Below, piece after piece: positions 10,413 through 19,600 of a stretch of 64,000 nt of DNA (within the stretch, counting starts at the first letter, position 1; the number at the start of each line of letters is the position of its first letter). The translations under genes were made by a program, and so were the position numbers. The stretch is from Microcoleus sp. (GTDB lineage Bacteria > Cyanobacteriota > Cyanobacteriia > Cyanobacteriales > Microcoleaceae), in contig CP181291.1 in the NCBI GenBank assembly GCA_052279835.1, forward strand, positions 3,296,001 through 3,360,000. Direction: 5' to 3'. A model generated the notes under the pieces. The model saw nothing but the letters and a program-made list of their open reading frames with translations. It was not told the DNA's origin and did no database searches.

Positions 10413-11487
10413 TACCCCTACAACCTTACCTCTTAGCTGTCTGAACACAGCGCGAAACTTAGGCGATTTAGGATTTACAGAAAATTTGTGGGAAACAGCC
10501 ATCTTCGGCTACGAAAAAGCCATCGAAGCAGTCGAACAAAGCCGCGAGTGGATAGCCTCGGAAAACCGCAAATTAGAAATCATCGAAGAAAACCTCAACA
10601 TCTACGAAAAAATGATGCAATCCTGCATCAACCACCAACAATATCACAAAGCAATTCAAACAATCGAACGCAGCAAATCCCGCTACCTAGTCGAACTCTT
10701 CACCAACAGCGAAATCTACCCCAAAACCGCCACCGCCACCGAAAAACAGCAACTCAGAGACTTGCGCAGCCAAATCGCCTCCCTCCAAAAATCCCTAGAA
10801 ACCCAAACCCCTATCTCCCCTCTTCCCACCCCTGTTTCCCCTCTTCCTCCCCCCCTTACCAAGGGGGTGCCGGGGGGGGGTTCCAGACTCTCCCTCCCAA
10901 CGCACAACCCAAACCCGCCCTCACACTCCCGAATTATCCCAACAACAAGAAAAATTAGTAACAGCATTACAGCAACTAGAACAATTCCTAGAAACCTTCA
11001 AACAACGAGAACCAGAATTCAAACTAACTCAAAAAATCCAACCCATAGACATCAACAAATTCCAGAAAACATTAGACCCCAAAACCGCCATCATAGAATG
11101 GTACATCGGCAACAACTCCAACTCCAACTCCCCCCTTCTTAAGGGGGGTCGGGGGGGATCAGAACCCAGCATCACCAACAACTCCAACTCCGATGATAGC
11201 TGGGGGGGATTTGCATTCATCCTCACCCAAAACAACATAGAATTAGTCACCTACACCACAACCGAAATAGCCGAATTAGAAACCTGAAAAAACAACTATC
11301 TCGACGAATACCGCGACCAAAAAACCAACAAAACCTGGCAACAAACCCTCTCCCAAAAACTAGAACAACTCTCACAAATCCTGCGCCTCAACGAAATAGT
11401 CGCCAAAATCCCAGCTACTAGCAAACAACTAATCCTAGTACCCCACCGCTACCTGCACCTATTCCCCCTCCACGCCCTACCATTAGA

Positions 11488-11589
11488 GGGCGGGCACGCA
11501 CCATCCACCGCCCCTACAGATTCGGGCGGGCACGGGGGCACGGGCGGGCACGGGGGCACGGGCGGGCACGCACCATCCACCGCCCCTAC
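11488..11589 (+). repeat. GTAG-type REP element(s) inserted in frame in the CHAT gene
   Basis: GGGCGGGCACGCACCATCCACCGCCCCTAC at 11488-11517 and 11560-11589. An identical 30-mer occurs on the opposite strand at 48995-49024. Confidence 0.85.
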
Positions 11590-12484
11590 AAGGAACCTCC
11601 TCGACGGCTTCCCAGAGGGTGTGAAATATGCCCCCAGTTTGCAACTACTGGAACTTGTAAAAAACCGCATCAACACCAGAAAATCTACCCCAAAAAATCA
11701 ACAACAACTATTCGCCCTCCAGAATCCCACCGAAGATTTATTCAACGCGGATATGGAAGTAGAAACCATCAAAACCGGATTCAATCCCCATCAAATTTTA
11801 CTCAGAAAACAAGCCACAAAAATCGCCCTCAACCAAAACCAAGAAAACCTGGTAAATTCGACTTACCTGCATTTTTCCTGTCACGGTGTCTTCGAGTTTG
11901 ACTATCCGCTGCTGTCATCCCTAGTCTTAGCCGATTCCCTGGAACCGGTATTAGAAATTAACCCCCCCCAACCCCCCCTTAGTAAGGGGGGGCTAACAGA
12001 AGAAAATGTTCTTGCTAAGGGGGGGCTAAGAGAAGAAGAGGGGCTAGAAACCAAGCGTTACGTCACTCTACGCAGCGGCAGAAAAGCCATCCCCGAAAAA
12101 TGCCTCACCCTGCGCGAAATCTTTGGCGAATTGCTGTTACCGCAGTGCAGTCTCGTCACCCTTTCCGCCTGCGAAACCGGGCTAACCAGTTCAACCGCAA
12201 TGACGGATGAGTACATTGGTTTACCCAGCGGTTTCTTGTATGCCGGTAGCATGAATGTTGTCAGCAGTCTGTGGGCGGTGGATGATTTTGCTACGGCTAT
12301 TTTGATGATTAAATTTTATCAGGAATTACCCCAGGCAGATTCGGTGGCGATTGCTTTGAATGCGGCACAAAACTGGATGCGCGCTGTGACTCGCGAGGAT
12401 TTTGAAGTTTGGATAGGATTGTTAAAAATAGATAAAAAATCGATGAAAACAGTCAAAGAGTGGTTAAGCTATTCATCAAAGGAT

Positions 12485-12924
12485 AAACCACCATTTAAAG
12501 ACCCCGAATATTGGGCAGCATTCTGTGCTACTGGATACTAGGGGACAGCATTGAGGCAATACTCTCTTACTCGTTCCCAGGTTCTGCCTGGTAACGCAGA
12601 TCATGAGGCTCTGCCTCCAAATTTTATGCTATAAAAGCGAGGCAGAAACAAGCGAGGCAGAGCCTCTAGACATCGGTTACCAGGCAGAGCCTGGGAACCA
12701 GTTAAAACCACCATTTAAAGACCCCGAATATTGGGCAGCATTCTGTGCTACTGGATACTAGGGGACAGCATTGAGGCAATACTCGCTTACTCGTTCCCAG
12801 GTTCTGCCTGGTAACGCAGATCATGAGGCTCTGCCTCCAACTTTTATGCTATAAAAGCGAGGCAGAAACAAGCGAGGCAGAGCCTCTAGACATCGGTTAC
12901 CAGGCAGAGCCTGGGAACCAGTTA
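12485..12924 (+). repeat. 220-bp direct tandem duplication of the CHAT gene 3' end plus a MITE-like palindromic element
   Basis: CCATTTAAAG at 12491 and 12711. Each copy contains CTCGTTCCCAGGTTCTGCCTGGTAAC...GTTACCAGGCAGAGCCTGGGAACCAG inverted ends. Confidence 0.92.
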
Positions 12925-12946
12925 AAACAACCCTAACATTTTATTA

Positions 12947-13321
12947 ATGGAGAATTGTTCTATGACTCTTGACAAAGATATAACAAGCTTTATCTACTTA
13001 CTTAACGAAGAACCGGAAATTTTTCAGCCGACAGCATGGCAAGATTTACCCAAATTAAACACAGATATACTAAAGTTAGAAAACAATGAATCTTCCATTG
13101 CCCAAACAATCAAAGATTGGTGTATAGAACACAACTTGGGGAAAATATTAAGAGATTGTGTGCGGAAAGAAGTTGATGATCCGGGCGAACCCACCCCAAC
13201 GACAATGCAGCCACTAACCAATATCACTCAAACTCTGCGTACCAGCATCGAAGAAAGTTACAAAAAGCTTCAAGAAAGCGCAGCGGAAAATCAATCAGAT
13301 AAAAGCAATGACTCCAAGTAG
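12947..13321 (+). CDS. Small hypothetical protein, overlapping the next gene
   Basis: 124-aa ORF whose end overlaps the start of 13308..14846. Confidence 0.6.
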   Translation: MENCSMTLDKDITSFIYLLNEEPEIFQPTAWQDLPKLNTDILKLENNESSIAQTIKDWCIEHNLGKILRDCVRKEVDDPGEPTPTTMQPLTNITQTLRTSIEESYKKLQESAAENQSDKSNDSK

Positions 13322-14846
13322 CAAAATCTATGCCCCTAACGTTTATCTGTTTGCCTTTCACCCCTGCAACGCCCTAGAATCACAGTCAAATTCCCCCGTG
13401 GAATTCGCCAGTTTGTGGCAGAAGTGCAATGAAATTTTGCAAACTAAGCTAGCAGTCACTAACAAATTTAATGACAGCTATTTCCACAAAAAAGATGAAC
13501 CTGTCGGCCGGCGTGTTAACTTAATTGATAAATCAAAAGTTAACAACCGCAATTCTCTGCCCTTTGCTAAAGAGATTTTGGTTGAAAATCAGCAATTTAT
13601 TGTCAAGGGCTTCGCGGCACCGATGCGAATTGACGACAGTTATGCCTTGGGTTTGCAAATTCGGATTCCCGAAAAAGATGGAGGCATTAAAACACCTCTT
13701 GTGGATGTTAGCATCTTGAAGCAGTTTAATCCCGGCGACTGCTTGCTACCAAATTTTGTGCAGAGTTATTTCGGGCAAACTCTGCTGATTACGGCTTGGC
13801 TGAGTGTGGAACAAAATCAGGCGGCGCGGGAAGATTCGCAGTTTATTAAAAAATTAGGCAAACAGTGTCTGGAAAATTTGATTTCTGGCGATAATCTCCC
13901 GGATTTCTGTCGTCAAGGCGAGTTATTCGGTAGTCCAATTTTGGAATATGGATCTCTCAACGAGCCCGATGGTAACTGTCACGTTATTATCTGGTTTTTC
14001 AACAGTCCCACTACTGATGATATCTGGGATGAGACGCGCTACAGCGATTTTATGGATTTGTTTTTGTACCGCCATAAGATTCTGCGGGCTTATCAGGATA
14101 GCCGCAAGCTTTACGCGGTGATTCGCGAGGAATACAAGCATATTCAATTGGATATTGACAAGACTTTTGACTATTTGGAACGGGATAGGGCCCAGCAACG
14201 ACAATCGAAAGGTGCGGGTTTAAATGAGGAGGAATTGGAATATCTGGAAACTCAGATGATTAAGCTGCCACAGCGGGCTGTCAAGTATGCCCGGATGCTT
14301 AGTGATTTGCAGTTTCGCGAAAATACGATCGCCATTAATGCCCAAAATTACCAAGATAAATTAAATCAAATAAGTCTTGACATCACAGCTAGTAAAAAGT
14401 ATAATGATAGTGATGCCGATTTAAGTTTTCTCGCAACATTCAGTACGCAAAATTGCCCTCGGTTTCAAAGGCAAATTCAGGCAGACTTAGGTTATTTCCA
14501 ACACGGTTCGGCGTTGCTAGATAAGGCAATGGAAGCAATTAGAGGCGTAGTGGCGATCGAAGAAGCTTATCGCGACAAGAAACTTGAAGTCACGATTCAA
14601 GCAGTGGGCTTTGGTTTGGGAGTAGCGGGAGTAGTGGCTGGTGGCGCTCCTTATTTGATTAAACAAGACGCGCCCGATCGCAAATTTTACTTGCCATTAT
14701 TGACGAATGTTGAAATTCATCCTTTTGTATTAGTGCTGTTGATTAGTTTGGGCGCCGGTGGTGCAGTGTGGTTTGTGTTGATGTTTGGAATCAAAATCAA
14801 GCAACTACTGCCTAAAATCAAGCAGCAGTTGCCACCTTTCAGGTAA
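13308..14846 (+). CDS. Hypothetical protein with a helical region and two C-terminal TM helices (CorA-like topology)
   Basis: 512-aa ORF. Hydrophobic C-terminal segments VGFGLGVAGVVAGG and FVLVLLISLGAGGAVWFVLMFGI. Confidence 0.7.
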   Translation: MTPSSKIYAPNVYLFAFHPCNALESQSNSPVEFASLWQKCNEILQTKLAVTNKFNDSYFHKKDEPVGRRVNLIDKSKVNNRNSLPFAKEILVENQQFIVKGFAAPMRIDDSYALGLQIRIPEKDGGIKTPLVDVSILKQFNPGDCLLPNFVQSYFGQTLLITAWLSVEQNQAAREDSQFIKKLGKQCLENLISGDNLPDFCRQGELFGSPILEYGSLNEPDGNCHVIIWFFNSPTTDDIWDETRYSDFMDLFLYRHKILRAYQDSRKLYAVIREEYKHIQLDIDKTFDYLERDRAQQRQSKGAGLNEEELEYLETQMIKLPQRAVKYARMLSDLQFRENTIAINAQNYQDKLNQISLDITASKKYNDSDADLSFLATFSTQNCPRFQRQIQADLGYFQHGSALLDKAMEAIRGVVAIEEAYRDKKLEVTIQAVGFGLGVAGVVAGGAPYLIKQDAPDRKFYLPLLTNVEIHPFVLVLLISLGAGGAVWFVLMFGIKIKQLLPKIKQQLPPFR

Positions 14847-14848
14847 TA

Positions 14849-15472
14849 TCAACTATTCCCCTCTTGGCCGTAAGCCTGCCAAGCCAAATCCACCAGCCCA
14901 TTCACAATCGCCACCGCCACCACCGCCGAACCCTTGCGCCCCTCAATCCGAATATGAGGAATCATCGAATCGTGTAAGCGAGACTTAGCCACATCCACCC
15001 CCACAAACCCAGAAGGAGTCCCAATCACCAAAGCAGGGCGAATTTCCTCAGCCTCAATTAAATCGACAATCGCCGACAGAGAAGTTTGAGCTTGGCCAAC
15101 TACAAAAATTCCCTCTGGATAGCGTTTAGCCAAGGTTTCAATCCCCCAAGCAGCCCGCGTTTTTTCCTTTTGAGGGCGCGTCAAAGCTTCCATGGAACAG
15201 TACACCGGATTGGCAAACGTACTTTGGAGCAGTGGCGTAATCCCCACCTGGACCATGGGCACATCTACCACAATCGTAGTCCGAGCAGCCAAAGCAGCCG
15301 CCCCAGCTTGCAAAGCCTGATCGGAAAAACTGATTAAAGACTTATACTCAAAATCAGCGGTTGCATAAATTACACGGCGGACAATTTCATATTCCGCCGC
15401 CGAAAAACCATGATCGCCAATTTCGCTATCGATTAATCCCAGACTCTGGGCATCGCTTAAGTGCCATTCCAT
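14849..15472 (-). CDS. cobH: Precorrin-8X/cobalt-precorrin-8 methylmutase
   Basis: IVRRVIYATADF, PALVIGTPSGFV, GRKGSAVVAVAIVNGL. Start taken at MEWHLSDAQS. Confidence 0.85.
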   Translation of the reverse strand: MEWHLSDAQSLGLIDSEIGDHGFSAAEYEIVRRVIYATADFEYKSLISFSDQALQAGAAALAARTTIVVDVPMVQVGITPLLQSTFANPVYCSMEALTRPQKEKTRAAWGIETLAKRYPEGIFVVGQAQTSLSAIVDLIEAEEIRPALVIGTPSGFVGVDVAKSRLHDSMIPHIRIEGRKGSAVVAVAIVNGLVDLAWQAYGQEGNS

Positions 15473-15573
15473 GTGTTGAATAGCTGTCGCCTGTGAATTA
15501 TCAAGTATCAGCTTATCAGCTTTTAGTGATTGGTTAACTGCCAACTACCAACTGCCAACTGCCAAGGTAGAAA

Positions 15574-16380
15574 CTAAGTTTCTGATGAGGGTGAGGACTT
15601 GCCGAGTACGGGAGTGAGGAATGCCACCAAAGCCCCGATCGCAAAACCAGCCACATTACGCACCAAAGGCAACCACTCAGAAGTCCGAATCACCACAGGG
15701 CCAACACCGAAGGCAAAAAACAAGATGCCCCACAGAGGCGAAAAAATCAGCGCCCACTGCCAAGCCACCAACTGTTCCGGTTTCCGTGGTTGAGCTGCAA
15801 AGCCGCAGATGACCCCGCCTAGCACCGAAGAAATTAAAGTCAAAATCCACTGTTCCCTAGGCAAACCGGGAACCACGCGACATCCACCTTGACGGAGACA
15901 ACCTTCGATCGACTCCAAAGATTCAATAATCGCTCGATCTTCGCCATTGTCCCGCACAAAAAACTGATTACCGTAGCGGGTTTGCAGTTCCACCCAAAAA
16001 GTGCGCGGCAACAGAGGATACAAAGAATCTCCCACATTAAAGTTGAGGAGATTGCCACCTCGCGGATCGGCAACTAACAGCACACTCTTTTGATCTAAGC
16101 CCCAATAATCTTTGACAGCCAAACCAGGGGTGCGATCGTACTGAGTCAGCACTCGCAACTTCCAGCCAGTTTCCGCCTCAAAGGCACTTAAATTTTTTGC
16201 CAAGTCCTGTTCTTCAATCTCTGTAAGGGCTTTAGCTAAGTCAATGATCGGAGTCTGAATTTCGGGCAACAAATCAGGATTGTTGAAAGCATGGGCCGCA
16301 GGTGCGATCGCCCACAGGGACAAAGCCAGGAAAAAAGCAGCAGCAGAGGCTAGAAATTTGCGTGAGAAAAACTGTGACAT
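15574..16380 (-). CDS. TPM-domain thylakoid lumen protein
   Basis: Signal peptide ending AHA, TPM-like core (GWKLRVLTQYDRTPG), and C-terminal TM helices. Confidence 0.8.
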   Translation of the reverse strand: MSQFFSRKFLASAAAFFLALSLWAIAPAAHAFNNPDLLPEIQTPIIDLAKALTEIEEQDLAKNLSAFEAETGWKLRVLTQYDRTPGLAVKDYWGLDQKSVLLVADPRGGNLLNFNVGDSLYPLLPRTFWVELQTRYGNQFFVRDNGEDRAIIESLESIEGCLRQGGCRVVPGLPREQWILTLISSVLGGVICGFAAQPRKPEQLVAWQWALIFSPLWGILFFAFGVGPVVIRTSEWLPLVRNVAGFAIGALVAFLTPVLGKSSPSSET

Positions 16381-16635
16381 AGGAAGTTCTAATCTGGGTC
16401 TCAATTGTGAATGCTAGCTGGCAGTCTTAACCAGAGGATAAGAGAAAACTCATATTTCTTTACAATTATTTACTTTACAGGAAGCGGGGGGGAAGGGGAA
16501 GAGTTGGGATCGGGAAAGTTTGGAACAGGAAAGGGGCATCGGATATCGGGCGTTGGTGTTAAATCACCACACTCAACAGCCAATTGTGGGCATGGCGACT
16601 GCCCACAGCCCACTCCTACTGCCAAAAATCACCGG

Positions 16636-19600
16636 CTAAAACTGAGATTTAGGCGCTACCCCGTCGCACAGACGCCGATCGCGATCGCTCACATTCGGAT
16701 TAGTCCTCAGATAATCCCCCACCCAATCGCAGCCCCTGACTAACAAATCGTCCAGGTCCAAATTCCACAAAATCACCCGATTATCCCTACCAGCAGAAGC
16801 CAGAACCTTCCCATCCGGGCTAAAACTCACACTCATCACACTGTCTTTATGTCCAGTCAAAGTTTTCAACAAAGTGCCACTACGACTCCACAACTTCACC
16901 TTGCGATCGTAACTACCCGAAGCAATCAACAAACCATCCGGGCTAAAACTGACGCTAGTCACGCTGTCGCTAGAGCCCTTCAGCAGTGTCGCCACCAAAG
17001 TCCCATCCACATTCCACAACTTCACCGAATTGTCATAACCAGCCGAAGCCAGCATTTGCCCATCAGGGCTGAAAGCCACCCCCAACACAAAACTGTTGTG
17101 AGCCCCTTCAAAAGTCCTCAGCAAACGACCATCCCGATTCCACAGTTTCACCGTACCGTCATCGCTAGCCGAAGCCAGCATGGAACCGTCAGGATTAAAA
17201 CTAACGCTAGTCACCCAGGCTTTATGTCCCGTCAAAGTTTTAATCAACCTACCGTTTCTAGTCCAGAGTTTAATAGTTTTGTCCTTACTCGCCGAAGCCA
17301 CAATCTCGCTGTCGGGGCTAAAACTGACGCTAGTCACGCTGTCGCTGTGTCCATCGAGAGTGAACAACACAGAAGGAGAACAAGGGAAAAGTGGAGCCGA
17401 AGGACAAGGCAACATATTAGTGATGCCATCTTCTTTTAAACTCCAGATTTTCACTGTTTTGTCGTGACTTCCAGAAGCAAGCAGCAAGCCGTCGGGGCTG
17501 AAACTGAGGCTGGATACTCTCTGAGTGTGTCCCTCCAAGGTTTCCAACAACACCCCTGTACGACTCCAGATCTTGATAGTTTTGTCCATAGAAGCAGAAG
17601 CCAGCCTTTGGCCATCGGGGCTGAAAGTAACGCTGAGGACGCGGTTGTGGTGTCCGTCAAGGGTTTTCAGAGGTACATCATCCAGTCGCCACAGCCTGAT
17701 AGTTTTGTCAAAACTTGCGGAAGCCAGGGTTTTGCCATCCGGGCTAAAACTTACCTGAGTAACTCGATCAGCGTGTCCTTCAAAGGTTCTCAGCAAGCGG
17801 CCTACAGGTTTAAACTTAGCAGCATCGAGGGGCTGTTTTCCATGAATATCCACCAGACTCCAGAGTTTGACCGTTCTATCGGCACCACCAGAAGCAAGAG
17901 TTTGACCATCAGGGGAGAAGCTGACGCCAAATACCCATTTGCTATGTCCCCGCAAAGTTGTTAGCAGCAAGTCTGTTTTGTCGATTGAATTTACTTGTGG
18001 ATTGTTTTGAAGTGAGCTGACATTCCAAATTTTGACTGTGTTGTCCTCACCACCAGAAGCAAGGGTTTCACCATCGGGGGAGAAACTGACGGTGTAAACT
18101 TTAGAAGGTTTTTTGTTTTCGCTGTGCCACAGATTAGCAATTAGTCTACCGTCAGAACTCCATAGTTTCACAGTACCGTCATCGCTGGCCACGGCTATAA
18201 TTTGACCGTTGTGGCTGAGACTGACCCAATTTACGGGTGCTAGTTGTTGGATGGTTTGCAGGAGTGTACCATCAGTTTTCCAGAGTTTGACAGTTTTGTC
18301 TGTAGACGAAGAGGCGATCGTTTGTCCATCCGGGCTAAAAGTGACACTGGTAACACTATTAGTATGACCTTTAAAAGTTGCCAGTAAAGTGCCGTCGGTT
18401 TTCCAAAGTTTGATTGTTTTATCTAAGCTTCCGGAGGCGATCGTTTTGCTGTCAGGACTGAAAGCCACACTGGTAACGTTGTTAGTGTGGCCTTTAAAAG
18501 TTGCCAGCAAGCTACCACCCCTCGCCCAAAGTTTGACTGTTTTGTCTACACTAGCCGAGGCAATTGTTTGCCCATCAGGGCTAAAATTTAGACCCCAAAC
18601 TACATCTCCGTGTCCTTCTAATCGGTTGCGTTCTTTGATACCGTAAACCGCCTGTTGGAGAGACGCAGAAATCAAAATTTCTGTGTCTTTGAGAGTGTGG
18701 GTTTCTTGGGAGTGTTCGATTTGCCTCCATTGTCTCCCCGCTCTCAAACTTTCCATCATGGCATCAAATTTGTTATTGGAAAAATAAAGTGCTTCAGAAG
18801 CCGCCGTTAGAGTGCTAATTTCGGCGCGCTGAGTTTGAGCTACAGCTAGTTGTTTTTGTCCCACTGCTCGCCACCAAAAGTTGACGGCGGCGACGGTGGA
18901 ACTGGTTAGCAGCAGTACGCCGATCGCTGCTAATCCCAAAAGTTGTTTGAGAAAAATATTCGCCCGGTATAGCTGTGCTTGACTCATGTTTTTGTCAGCT
19001 TCTGCTTTGTGCAGTCTGGCTTCTAAGCCGAATCTATCGCGGATGGGGCGGACTAGATAGTCGTGAACCAATTGATAACGATCTTCGGGGGATTCCCGCA
19101 GCAAAAATAACAAACCATGACCGACTAAAATGTCTAAAATTAATTCGAGGTTATCGGTTTTTTTGGGTTCTATTTCTGAGTTTTTTCCCAGTTTGCGCTG
19201 TAGTGAAATTAGGCTGATTCTGCCCATCCCAGACAAATCTGGTTCCTCCACATCTTCGGGCTGCACCCCTGTAACTAATGAGAGTTCATGTTTGGTTTTG
19301 ATCAGTCTGACCCCTCTTTCATCGGTCAAGGAAAATAAAATTTTCCAAGCTGCGTCTTCGTTGACAGGACCGCAGTCAGAAATGACTCGTTCGAGCGATC
19401 GCTTGACTAATTCTGCTTTGGGGTTGTCACCCAACTGCTGGTATTGTTCTATGGTCGTAATGTTTTCTTCTTGCAGTTGCGCTCCCACCACTTGCAATTC
19501 GATCGGTCGAATTTCTTGCAATTCGTCTGATAAGTCTTCGACGAAGGCATTAATTAGTTCTGGTTCTAAGTAAAATTCTGCGCGTTCTGTCAAGTGTCCG

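Larger units (their letters stand above)
9151..12541 (+). pseudogene. TPR-repeat + CHAT (caspase-like) protease gene, disrupted by a +1 frameshift and an in-frame TGA
   Basis: TPR part in frame 1 (9151-). The frame switches near the G9 run at 10872-10880. Frame 2 reads PELSQQQEKL...TAIIEWYIG...ELET*KNNYL (TGA 11285-11287)...LILVPHRYLHLFPLHAL and joins ORF 11621-12541, which has catalytic HFSCHG and LSACETG. Confidence 0.85.
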
